A stretch of 64,000 nt of DNA, from positions 1 to 64,000 of the IMG/VR virus record IMGVR_UViG_3300027747_002439, one strand, 5' to 3'. The notes under the pieces were generated by a model. That model was not told the DNA's origin and made no database searches. It was given only the letters and a program-made list of their open reading frames with translations. This document shows, piece after piece, positions 1 to 9,049 of this stretch. The DNA comes from an uncultured virus (IMG/VR IMGVR_UViG_3300027747_002439) (lineage: Duplodnaviria > Heunggongvirae > Uroviricota > Caudoviricetes). How positions within the stretch are numbered: position 1 is the first letter of the stretch; the number at the start of each line of letters is the position of its first letter. The position numbers were made by a program, and so were the translations under genes.

Positions 1-1
1 A

Positions 2-184
2 ATAATTAACGCCCATATTATGGAACTTAAGGCTGAGCAGTACAGTCATGAACTCAGAAAAGTAGAGTTAGAGACTATAGGAAGTGTAGATAATGAAATA
101 CACACGAATATAACTAGAATAATCGGAGATTACAGCTTACAGATTAGCACTTTAGAATCTTTAAAGTCTAATTTGGCAGTATAA
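2..184 (+). CDS. 5'-truncated small coiled-coil protein, paralog of 228..452
   Basis: Manual translation IINAHIMELKAEQYSHEL...IGDYSLQISTLESLKSNLAV*; IGDYSLQI resembles IGNYNVQI of the next ORF. Confidence 0.65.
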   Translation: MINAHIMELKAEQYSHELRKVELETIGSVDNEIHTNITRIIGDYSLQISTLESLKSNLAV

Positions 185-227
185 ATACTAAAAATAAAAT
201 AAATAACTACAATAGAAATGGAAGAAA

Positions 228-452
228 ATGTCAGATAAAGATATAACTAAGGAGCAAAAATTAACTATAGTTGCTTCTCGTATTCGAGGAATAAAAGTTG
301 ATAAGTTTAACGCCGAGTTAAACCTTATCGAGCAAAATGCCCTAGATGCACCTGAAGCCTCAATAGTGGCCAGTGCAAACAAGGTAATTGGGAACTACAA
401 TGTTCAAATAGCCGCGCTCGAGGCTCAATACACATCCATAGAGTCAGAGTAA
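228..452 (+). CDS. hypothetical coiled-coil protein
   Basis: 74-aa ORF, paralogous to the upstream partial ORF. Confidence 0.75.
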   Translation: MSDKDITKEQKLTIVASRIRGIKVDKFNAELNLIEQNALDAPEASIVASANKVIGNYNVQIAALEAQYTSIESE

Positions 453-461
453 TATACCTCC

Positions 462-647
462 ATGGAGACGCCAAAGACAAAACACGAACTTATGATTATT
501 GCACTTCAACAGCGTATCGGCGAGATCACCTCGCAGTACGAAGGAACTATCGCATCTTTGCGTGCAGATTTAACGCAAATAATGAACGTTAATGATATAG
601 TTAATCAAACACAAGACGAACGACGAGAAGAGATAACTAGTGCATGA
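462..647 (+). CDS. hypothetical coiled-coil protein (leaderless)
   Basis: TAATAT at 450-455, 6 nt before ATG; overlaps the next start. Confidence 0.7.
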   Translation: METPKTKHELMIIALQQRIGEITSQYEGTIASLRADLTQIMNVNDIVNQTQDERREEITSA

Positions 648-1110
648 AGTAAAAGATGGGTCACGCACGCTGCAGTTTAGCGGTAAGCTTCTTGCTGAAT
701 CATCTTCCTGGCGACCAGGGACGTATCGCTGGATCGAGTTTAAGCTATATAAAACGGATAACGGCTCGTATATTCTTTCTCGTATAGGCATATCCCTAAT
801 CTTCCACGGAGCTGCATGCCCGTTGGTAAAAAGATACGCTCTTACGGAAATGCCTATCTCTACGTTGGTAGATGATTCTCTTCCCTGCGAGGAGTGTCGT
901 CCTACACGTAGTGTTGCGATTATCTTTCCGGAGAAGCATCGCTATTGGGCACAGGTATCCGAGGAGCCAACTCCTGTCTTAGATGCGTTATATAAATACG
1001 ACCAAGGCGGCGCACGATACCTTACCAATGTTGCCCAGAGACTTTTAGAGGACGCGTCTGATATTGACCGTGGAATTGAGTCGGTGTATAGGATAGAGCT
1101 TATTCCTTAA
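640..1110 (+). CDS. hypothetical protein with Cys/His motif
   Basis: 156-aa ORF with HxxxC...CEEC. Confidence 0.75.
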   Translation: MHEVKDGSRTLQFSGKLLAESSSWRPGTYRWIEFKLYKTDNGSYILSRIGISLIFHGAACPLVKRYALTEMPISTLVDDSLPCEECRPTRSVAIIFPEKHRYWAQVSEEPTPVLDALYKYDQGGARYLTNVAQRLLEDASDIDRGIESVYRIELIP

Positions 1111-1122
1111 ACAACTATTTAG

Positions 1123-1131
1123 TGTTATAAT
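1123..1131 (+). promoter_or_regulatory. extended -10 promoter TGTTATAAT for the replication and modification operon
   Basis: Perfect TGnTATAAT; the same 9-mer occurs at about 16698 and at 55342. Confidence 0.65.
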
Positions 1132-1157
1132 TTTCTTAGAGACAAAGGACGTAGTGA

Positions 1158-2174
1158 ATGTTTATAGTAGTTGAAGGTACAGACGCCTCAGGTAAATCTA
1201 CCCTTGTGTCTGAGATACAAAAACAACTTACTGACAAATTTCCTAAGCAGGAAATCGAGTTCTACCATAAGTCTAAGCCAGAAGAGATGTCGCGTCGATG
1301 GGTTTTATACGACTACGTTACGTCTATTGAAAAGGTAGATTGGTCTCAACGTATTGCGGTTGCAGACCGTTGGCACTGGGGCGAGGTAACATATGCCGCT
1401 GTTAAACGTCCTGAGACTGGTTCTGGCGACGGATACGGTTTACTTGGTGTTGCAGGGTGGCGTTGGACAGAGCTCTTTCTTAAATCCCGCGGTGTAGCTC
1501 AATTTTGGTTGTATCAACCTCTTGATGTTATTACTCGTCGTCTTAACACTCGCGGTGACGATTACATACAGGCAAATGAGCTCGAACAAATCTTAGAGCT
1601 GTATCATACCGCTGCTGCAAACTCTGCAGGACTTGCCGCGCGTCTAACACCCTCCCCTGATTCAATTGAAGAGATACCAAAACTTGCCTCGCATGTAATC
1701 AGTCGCGCCGAGGTATTTCAGGAGGACGCAAGGGCACTGGTAAAATTTCCAGAGTACATCGGACAAAGATTTCCACGCGTGTTACTTGTAGGAGATACAA
1801 GAAACATCACTAAGAAATACGGCGAGGAAACTATCCTGCCATTTATGCCTGTTGATGGAAACTCTGGCGAATTTCTACTTACCGCGCTAGAGTCTGACGC
1901 ATGGAAGACGATGGGTATTGTCAACATCAATGACATGTCCGCAGAGCGTTTTGATGATCTGTGGGCTACTCTACGCAGACCTCCTATACTTGCACTAGGG
2001 CGTCTTGCAGAGCGCGGGTTACGTAACGCAAACATTCCAGACTACATGTATACCGTTACATCTCACCCGCAATATGTGCGACGGTTCTTTAACTCAAGAA
2101 AAGAAGAGTACGGCGAAGCTATTACACGTTTATCTAACAAAAAAGATAGGGATGATCAATGGATACTGCGATAA
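1158..2174 (+). CDS. dNMP (thymidylate-type) kinase fused to a C-terminal uracil-DNA glycosylase-like domain
   Basis: N-terminal IVVEGTDASGKST P-loop and DRW motif; C-terminal VLLVGD...PF...SG..L, ILALGRLA and HPQY follow the UDG superfamily layout. Confidence 0.8.
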   Translation: MFIVVEGTDASGKSTLVSEIQKQLTDKFPKQEIEFYHKSKPEEMSRRWVLYDYVTSIEKVDWSQRIAVADRWHWGEVTYAAVKRPETGSGDGYGLLGVAGWRWTELFLKSRGVAQFWLYQPLDVITRRLNTRGDDYIQANELEQILELYHTAAANSAGLAARLTPSPDSIEEIPKLASHVISRAEVFQEDARALVKFPEYIGQRFPRVLLVGDTRNITKKYGEETILPFMPVDGNSGEFLLTALESDAWKTMGIVNINDMSAERFDDLWATLRRPPILALGRLAERGLRNANIPDYMYTVTSHPQYVRRFFNSRKEEYGEAITRLSNKKDRDDQWILR

Positions 2175-3010
2175 TCAATATACCTGACGGAGTTAACGGA
2201 TACGTTGACCTTGTTCAGCACGTTCTTAAGTATGGCAAGGAGGCAGCTCCTCGCGGTATGAAGACCCGCGAGATTGAGGATGCGATTATTCGCATTGAAG
2301 ACGTGTATAACACCTTACCTTTAGGTGTAGGACGTGGAACTGTTCCAGGTATCGGTGCGGTTGAGGCTTGCCAGCTTATCGCAGGTGCAAGCACACCTAA
2401 ACTTGTTATTGCCATCGGCCCACAGTTTGCTAACTATACCGAGGACAACGGACTATTTCACGGAGCATATGGAATTCGCACACAGTCACAGTATGCTCCT
2501 ATAGTTGAAAGACTTAAGGCAGACCCAGATACACGACAGGCGGTCGTTACGATTTGGAATCCGGAGCTAGATCTTCTTGCAAATAAGCGAGATTACCCGT
2601 GCACTATCCTGCATCAATTTAGAATTCGCAACAACAAACTTAACATGAGCGTGTACATGCGTTCAAATGACGTATGGCTAGGAGCGGCGTATGACTTCTT
2701 CCAGTTTACCCGCGTTCAACTTGCTATAGCATCTATCCTGGGCATCGAGCCAGGAACGTATCACCATCACGTCGGATCTCTTCATATCTACGAGCAACAC
2801 TACGACTCTGCAGAAAGTCTAAAGCATACGTACGTTCCGTACGAAAAGATCCCTGCGATAGTGGGCAACTCTTGGGGAGAAGTTTCAAACTTTGCCATGG
2901 ACGCACTAACTGCAGCAATTCATCACGAGGAAAAAGCTCTTCTGTACGGCCTTCACCATTTCGAGCAGTGGTATGCAAACGCCATGATTAAGGCAGTCAA
3001 TAAAAAATGA
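2159..3010 (+). CDS. thymidylate synthase homolog, probable dCMP hydroxymethylase or other dCMP C5-modifying enzyme
   Basis: RDYPC148T catalytic Cys; MRSNDVWLGAAYD179 has Asp at the Asn177 position of ThyA; SLHIYE motif. Confidence 0.85.
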   Translation: MDTAIINIPDGVNGYVDLVQHVLKYGKEAAPRGMKTREIEDAIIRIEDVYNTLPLGVGRGTVPGIGAVEACQLIAGASTPKLVIAIGPQFANYTEDNGLFHGAYGIRTQSQYAPIVERLKADPDTRQAVVTIWNPELDLLANKRDYPCTILHQFRIRNNKLNMSVYMRSNDVWLGAAYDFFQFTRVQLAIASILGIEPGTYHHHVGSLHIYEQHYDSAESLKHTYVPYEKIPAIVGNSWGEVSNFAMDALTAAIHHEEKALLYGLHHFEQWYANAMIKAVNKK

Positions 3011-4050
3011 AAATTCATGGAGTAGTCGTAGCAAGAAACGAGTGGCCTTTGTTGGGTCTCTCTATCTCACATGCGCTTTTTTACCATGTTGATAAAGTTT
3101 TTGTTATTGACCACTCCAGCACCGACGACACAAAAAATGGTCTTGCCGAGCTGCAAAAGGTTTGGCCGGATCAGATAGAGGTATTTAGATATGAGGATAA
3201 CCTATTTGACCAGGAAGCCTTAACTAATATTCTTCTACATATCAGTAATCAAGAAAATCCTGACTGGAACTTTATCTTCGACGCGGACGAGTTTTTAGTT
3301 AGCCCTACCGACAAAGATATAGAGGATCTTTTATCTAATCTAGGTGAAAAATGGAATGCCATAGCTATGCAGCTAGAAAACTACATAGTACCTGCAGGAT
3401 TTATTGACACTAGACTAGATGATTACCAGCTTGTAGATCACTATGTGACGTCTGTAAATCACGTAGGAGATCGTGACGAGTTCCACGAGCAGGTTAAGAG
3501 AAACGAGAAACTTCTTCACGAGTTTAGGGTTCCCTCAAAGATCCTGGTAAAAAACAACTCCGGTGACTTTGTTGATGCAGGACAGCATCAACTTAAATAT
3601 GGCGACGGCAAGTTCTGGGAGTTATGGGATACAACTGTTGCCGCGTCTAATAAGGAAGATTGGTTAATATGTCATCTACCTTACACAAGTCTTAAGAGGT
3701 TTAAGGCGCGTAAGGAAGTACACGAAAGAATTAACAACAACTTTGCAAATAGAGTATTCGCAAAAACAATAACACCAGAAGAAGATATCGCACAGATGTG
3801 GGATAGACTTCAGATGAAGCCTGGAGATGACAACCCTCTTCTTGTTCGTGACAACTCGTTCTCTGACAGCTTTAAGCCTCTAGTTGATAAGCTGGTTCCT
3901 TACTGGGGGAAAATACTTGCTCCAGAACACCATAATGTGATGTACAGAATATCATCTGAGGCAATAGAGTTTGCAGTCTCAATTACAAATAAATATATAA
4001 ACAAATGTGATCGGCTATGGGCAAACCAGAAAGGAGAACGCAGTGAGTAA
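3007..4050 (+). CDS. GT-A (GT2-like) glycosyltransferase
   Basis: ARNE, IDHSSTDDT and FDADEF motifs. Confidence 0.8.
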   Translation: MKIHGVVVARNEWPLLGLSISHALFYHVDKVFVIDHSSTDDTKNGLAELQKVWPDQIEVFRYEDNLFDQEALTNILLHISNQENPDWNFIFDADEFLVSPTDKDIEDLLSNLGEKWNAIAMQLENYIVPAGFIDTRLDDYQLVDHYVTSVNHVGDRDEFHEQVKRNEKLLHEFRVPSKILVKNNSGDFVDAGQHQLKYGDGKFWELWDTTVAASNKEDWLICHLPYTSLKRFKARKEVHERINNNFANRVFAKTITPEEDIAQMWDRLQMKPGDDNPLLVRDNSFSDSFKPLVDKLVPYWGKILAPEHHNVMYRISSEAIEFAVSITNKYINKCDRLWANQKGERSE

Positions 4051-4210
4051 GGAACTAGAGGGGTTTGATCAAAGTCCGCTTCGAGAGGCAACAGTTCAAT
4101 TGCACGAGATGTACATTGAGCTTAAGTCCGCGGGTTTTAGCAAGAAGGAGGCACTACACTTAGTGTCAAAAATTCTTACAACATCGCTTTTTAAGGAAAT
4201 AGATGAGTAA
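4043..4210 (+). CDS. small hypothetical protein
   Basis: GTG start after the AAAGGAG RBS; HEMY...AGFSKKEALHLV. Confidence 0.7.
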   Translation: MSKELEGFDQSPLREATVQLHEMYIELKSAGFSKKEALHLVSKILTTSLFKEIDE

Positions 4211-4682
4211 TCGCCCTTCTTGGGACGAGGTCTGGATGCAGGTTGCAGATGCAATCGCGCAAAGATCTCGCTGCAGTCGTGCTCACATTGGAGCTGTTGT
4301 TGTGTCTAAGGACCAACGTATAAGCTCGACTGGGTACAATGGCCCTGCAGCTTTGTTTCCCGTTGAAGGAGACTGTATAGACTGGTGCCCCCGCGCGCAA
4401 GGCGTAACTGCACTCGATAACACATATGATTCGTGCCCGTCGATTCACGCGGAGTCTAACGCGTTGTTATACGTTGACCGTTCTCGCGTAGAAGGTGGTA
4501 CCATATACATAACAGATGCAGCATGCTATCAGTGCGCTAAGTTAATCTCTAACTCTGGAATTACTCGTGTCGTTATGCGTATTGGAGAGCGGTCGGCTCA
4601 TCGTTTGCCGGATGCAACTGTAGATTATTTTAAGAAATGCAACATCGAGGTAGTAATAACAGAGGACGTAAATGACAGTTGA
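4203..4682 (+). CDS. dCMP deaminase
   Basis: RSRC, TGYNG, HAE, CYQC zinc-binding motifs. Confidence 0.92.
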   Translation: MSNRPSWDEVWMQVADAIAQRSRCSRAHIGAVVVSKDQRISSTGYNGPAALFPVEGDCIDWCPRAQGVTALDNTYDSCPSIHAESNALLYVDRSRVEGGTIYITDAACYQCAKLISNSGITRVVMRIGERSAHRLPDATVDYFKKCNIEVVITEDVNDS

Positions 4683-6495
4683 AGGATTAGGTGACGTACA
4701 ACTTCACCTCGTAGATAGCGTTGAAAAGGCAGGCGAGTTTCTAACCTGGCTTGGTGAGCGACGTCCTCACGATGCGATTGCGATTGATACTGAAACTGGA
4801 GAGTATCCAGGACAAGATCGTAAGGACGCTTTATCTCCTTGGCATGGACGCTTACGTTTAGTGCAGGTTGGCGATGGGCAACAGGCATGGGCAATGGCGT
4901 GGGACGAGTGGGCTGGCGCGTTCTATCAAGCTATGGATAAGTTTGATGGACAAATCGTTTGTCATAACATTGCGTTCGAGGCACGATGGTTTGACATTCA
5001 ATCACGTTGGAAATTGCCTTGGCACCGTGCGCACGACACTATGATTATGGCACACATCATTGATCCACTTGGTGTTGGCGCATTAAAACGTCTTGCAGCT
5101 TTATATGTCGATGGGCGTGCGGTTGCATTGCAGGATACATTAGATACAGAGCTAGCAACTAACGGCTGGACGTGGGGAACTGTTCCTACTAACTTTCAGC
5201 CTTACTGGGCATACGGCGCCTTAGACTGCATCTTGACTATGCGCTTATGGGAAAAGTTTTATGAAAAATGTGGCCCTGGCGGTGTGTACAACCAGGCATA
5301 CGAGCTAGAAATGGCAACACGTCGCATTGTTACCCGTATGGAAATTAACGGCGCACGTATCGACCTTGATTACTCTAAAAAGAAGTTTGATGAGCTAACA
5401 GAGTACGCAGGCTCAGTTAAGACTTGGGCTAAAGAAAAATACAACGGCGTCTCTATCGGCAGTAACCTTCAACTAGTGCGCTTGCTAGAATCACTTGGCG
5501 CAGAGATTAACGAATTTACGCCTTCAGGACAAAAATCAGCTTCAAAAGATCAACTTAAGCTGCTTACCATTGAAGGCAATGACGAGGTAAAGGCTTTAGC
5601 CGAGATTGTGTTAAAGCAACGTAAGGCAGATAAACTTGCTAACACATACTTTGCTAACTTCCTTAATGATAACGTTAATGGATTTGTGCACCCATCTGTA
5701 AAAACGCTTGGCGCTCGCACGTCTCGCATGTCTATCCAAAACCCAGCGCTACAGACATTGCCTAAGGGCGACGACGTTGTCCGCCGTGCGTTTATTCCTA
5801 AGGATGATGACCACGTCATTGTTACCTCAGATTTAGATCAGGTAGAGTTTCGAATGGTGGCTTCTCTTACAGGAGATCCAAACCTTATCGGTATGTTTCA
5901 TCAGGCAGACCTTACTGGCTCAGATCCGTTTACTGAAATTGGAAAAGAAGTATACAGCGATCCAAACTTCCAGCGTTCAGACAAGCGACGAGGTCTTATA
6001 AAAGGAATGATTTACGGTCGTCTCTACGGCGCAGGCGTCGCAAAACAAGCGCTTACCGCAGGAGTTCCCGAGAGCATTATGAAGACTGTAGTTAACCAAT
6101 TTGATGCGCGTTTCCCTGGCATGACTGGATTCCAGCAGAAAATTGAAGACGTTGGAATGCGTCGTCTTAAAGCAGAAGGCCAAGGGTATGTTTATACCTG
6201 GACAGGTCGCAGGCTTCCTTGCGATGAAGATCGAGTTTACACGCTGCTTAACTATCTAGCTCAGGGAGGCGCGGCTGAGATCTTTAAGGCAAATCTTGTA
6301 AAACTAGATCAGGCAGACTTAACCGAACTTCTTATCGTTCCTGTACACGATGAAATTGTTCTCAACGCGCCACGTAAGGACGTTGATGAAATCAAACGCA
6401 TTGTTAAGGAATGTATGACTACTACCGAAGGGTGGGCAGTTCCACTTACAGCAGGCATTGATGGTCCTATGGAGAACTGGGGAGAGAAGTACTAG
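4672..6495 (+). CDS. polA: family A DNA polymerase with 3'-5' exonuclease, no 5'-3' exonuclease
   Basis: DTET (ExoI), YGALD (ExoIII), TSRMS..NP.LQ, DLDQVEFR (motif A), KGMIYG..YG (motif B), VHDE (motif C). Confidence 0.95.
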   Translation: MTVEGLGDVQLHLVDSVEKAGEFLTWLGERRPHDAIAIDTETGEYPGQDRKDALSPWHGRLRLVQVGDGQQAWAMAWDEWAGAFYQAMDKFDGQIVCHNIAFEARWFDIQSRWKLPWHRAHDTMIMAHIIDPLGVGALKRLAALYVDGRAVALQDTLDTELATNGWTWGTVPTNFQPYWAYGALDCILTMRLWEKFYEKCGPGGVYNQAYELEMATRRIVTRMEINGARIDLDYSKKKFDELTEYAGSVKTWAKEKYNGVSIGSNLQLVRLLESLGAEINEFTPSGQKSASKDQLKLLTIEGNDEVKALAEIVLKQRKADKLANTYFANFLNDNVNGFVHPSVKTLGARTSRMSIQNPALQTLPKGDDVVRRAFIPKDDDHVIVTSDLDQVEFRMVASLTGDPNLIGMFHQADLTGSDPFTEIGKEVYSDPNFQRSDKRRGLIKGMIYGRLYGAGVAKQALTAGVPESIMKTVVNQFDARFPGMTGFQQKIEDVGMRRLKAEGQGYVYTWTGRRLPCDEDRVYTLLNYLAQGGAAEIFKANLVKLDQADLTELLIVPVHDEIVLNAPRKDVDEIKRIVKECMTTTEGWAVPLTAGIDGPMENWGEKY

Positions 6496-6710
6496 TGAAA
6501 CGTATATGGAGCCAAGTAAGAGATGCGCAGGCGCCGCTAAGAGTCAAAGTTGTTCTTGTGCTTCTTGTCTTGTACTTACTTAATCCTATTGATCTAATTC
6601 CAGACTTTATTCCTGTCTTGGGTCAACTTGATGACATACTAATCAGTGCGGCAGTTCTTCGCTGGGCCTCAAAGTACATTGATCTTGACATAAAGAAAGT
6701 AGCAAAATGA
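6495..6710 (+). CDS. DUF1232/YkvA-family membrane protein
   Basis: YLLNPIDLIPDFIPVLGQLDD signature. Confidence 0.9.
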   Translation: MKRIWSQVRDAQAPLRVKVVLVLLVLYLLNPIDLIPDFIPVLGQLDDILISAAVLRWASKYIDLDIKKVAK

Positions 6711-7159
6711 AATATATTCTTTCTGTAGACCCAGGCAAGGCAACAGGCATGACTTTATTCTCGTTTGAGCGCGGTGAAGAACCTGTCTTACTCTGGGCTG
6801 GGGAATATCAACAAGAAGAATATGCTAAGCCTATTCGCGACACACTTGTTGAATATCCTGATGTGACCGTTGTCTGTGAGCGCTTTATCATTAACGCCCA
6901 GACTGCTAAAAAGACACAGGCTCCCTACAGCCTTGAGCAAATTGGCATTCTTAAGCAATGTCTTATGGACGCAGGAAGAAAGGCAGATGATGTTATCTTC
7001 CAGTCACCTTCCGACGCCAAGGCGATGTTTGATAATCCTAAACTTAAGAAGCTAGAATACTGGTTTGTTGGCGGTGACGGACACGCACTCGATGCGATAC
7101 GACATGCCCTTCTTCAGTGTGTAAAGCTCGGATGGATCCCTAGAAGGCTCCTACAATAA
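6707..7159 (+). CDS. RuvC-like (RNase H fold) Holliday junction resolvase
   Basis: ILSVDPGKATG, VVCE, HALDA acidic residues. Confidence 0.75.
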   Translation: MKYILSVDPGKATGMTLFSFERGEEPVLLWAGEYQQEEYAKPIRDTLVEYPDVTVVCERFIINAQTAKKTQAPYSLEQIGILKQCLMDAGRKADDVIFQSPSDAKAMFDNPKLKKLEYWFVGGDGHALDAIRHALLQCVKLGWIPRRLLQ

Positions 7160-7246
7160 ATAAAGTAGATACTAAGCAGAAATGATAAACATTTTCTGTT
7201 AAATCCTGTTAGTATAGCGAAATAATGACGAAAGGAACGACAAACA

Positions 7247-9049
7247 GTGCCAGTTGACGTAGAGCTTGATGAATCAGGCAAGCACGTAGTTATCAATACT
7301 GAGTGGCGTCTTAAGGAACTTTGCAAGAGTATTCCAGGAGCAAAGTGGGATGCAAAAACTCAGGTTTGGAACGTGCCTACAAGTTGGGCAACATGTTTAG
7401 CGTTACGCAGTACCTTCAAAACTGACCTTCAAATTGGCCCTAGATTGACCGCGTGGGCAACCAACGAAGTTACCACACGTATTACCCCAGCGAACACTTT
7501 GCGTGACCTAGAAACCCTGGAAGAGGGCAACGAGGACCTGTTTCCCCACCAGCGCGCAGGCGTTAAATTCCTATCAGTAGCCCGTAGAGCATTACTTGCC
7601 GATGAGCCTGGTCTAGGTAAAACAGCGCAGGCAATTAGAGCACTAAAGAAGCTTCAAGATGACGGGGAAGAAGTATTCCCTGCGCTTATCGTATGCCCTA
7701 ACACATTGAAAAAGAACTGGAAGCGTGAGTTCGACATGTGGTGGCCTGGAGTTGATGTAGAAGTTATTAAAGGTTCAGCTACCGCACGTCGCAAGATCTT
7801 TGAAAACGAAGCTGATGTGTACGTTATTAACTGGGAGTCCTTGCGCTCACATTCTCGTCTTGCGTCCTACGGGTCTATTGCCCTTGCGCGGTGTCAGGAG
7901 TGCGGCGGGCATGATGAAAAGGTTACTGTAAATCGCTGTGAGGTTCACAAGCGCGAGCTTAACATGATTGATTTCAAGTCTGTCGTCGCAGATGAGATCC
8001 ACCGCTCTAAGGAGCCAAAATCAAAGCAATCTCGTGCCCTATGGGCTGCAACAGGAGATGCAGATATTCGTTTTGCACTAACAGGCACGCCTATTGCCAA
8101 CAACGTATTAGACTTATGGTCAATCCTTCACTGGTTATCACCTGAAGAGTGGCCAAGCAAGACACGTTGGGTTGACCGTATGGTTAACGTTATGTTGAAT
8201 GCCTTCGGCGGCATGATGGTGTTAGGCGTAAAGCCTCACATGGAGGAAGAATTCTACGCAACTGTAAATCCTCGCATGCGTCGTATGCTTAAGGCAAAGG
8301 TATTGCCTTGGCTTCCTGAAATGATGTTTGAACGTCGCGATATTGAAATGTCTACTAAGCAAAAGAAAGCTTATGACCAGATGCGTGACACTATGATTGC
8401 AGAGCTTGAAAACGGCGAGGCAATTACCGCGCCTTCAGCACTAACACAGACAATCCGTCTGCTTCAGTTTGCAAGTTCTTACGCAGAAATGGATGTAAAC
8501 GAGGAAACTGGAGAGATGCGTGCAATTCTTGCCGAGCCTTCGTGCAAGGTTGATTCTCTTATGGACGATATCTCAAACGGTGACTTTGGCGATGACTCAG
8601 TTGCGGTTTGCGCTGTATCACGACAACTTATAGATTTACTTAGTGCAGAAATGACTAAGGCTAAGATTCCACATGGTCTCATCACTGGCGCCCAGGATGA
8701 AGATGAGCGTCAACAAGCAGTTGACGATTTCCAATCCGGCAAGATCAAGTGGATACTTTTTACAGCACAGGCTGGCGGTGTTGGAATTACACTTACTGCA
8801 GCTCGTCGTTTAGTAATGTTACAGCGTCCGTGGTCACTTGTAGATCACAAGCAGGCACTTGACCGTGTGCACCGTATTGGATCTGAAATTCATGACTCGA
8901 TTATCGTCACAGACTACGTCACAGATGGCTCCATCGAGGAAAGAGTTATTCAGGTCCTGTCAACTAAGGCTGATAACTTTGAACAAATCGTAAAGGACAA
9001 GGATAAGCTTCTCTCACTACTCAAAGACGATAAGGCAGGAAAACTATGA
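7247..9049 (+). CDS. SNF2-family helicase
   Basis: LADEPGLGKT, DEIH, LTGTP, QALDRVHRIG. Confidence 0.93.
   Translation: MPVDVELDESGKHVVINTEWRLKELCKSIPGAKWDAKTQVWNVPTSWATCLALRSTFKTDLQIGPRLTAWATNEVTTRITPANTLRDLETLEEGNEDLFPHQRAGVKFLSVARRALLADEPGLGKTAQAIRALKKLQDDGEEVFPALIVCPNTLKKNWKREFDMWWPGVDVEVIKGSATARRKIFENEADVYVINWESLRSHSRLASYGSIALARCQECGGHDEKVTVNRCEVHKRELNMIDFKSVVADEIHRSKEPKSKQSRALWAATGDADIRFALTGTPIANNVLDLWSILHWLSPEEWPSKTRWVDRMVNVMLNAFGGMMVLGVKPHMEEEFYATVNPRMRRMLKAKVLPWLPEMMFERRDIEMSTKQKKAYDQMRDTMIAELENGEAITAPSALTQTIRLLQFASSYAEMDVNEETGEMRAILAEPSCKVDSLMDDISNGDFGDDSVAVCAVSRQLIDLLSAEMTKAKIPHGLITGAQDEDERQQAVDDFQSGKIKWILFTAQAGGVGITLTAARRLVMLQRPWSLVDHKQALDRVHRIGSEIHDSIIVTDYVTDGSIEERVIQVLSTKADNFEQIVKDKDKLLSLLKDDKAGKL

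Noticed and set aside
2159..4682. SPO1-type hydroxymethyluracil pathway, or ordinary thyA
   Set aside because: dCMP deaminase plus a TS homolog would fit, but the specificity residue is Asp rather than Asn and the pyrophosphatase resembles T4 gp56; disfavoured, though not excluded without an assay
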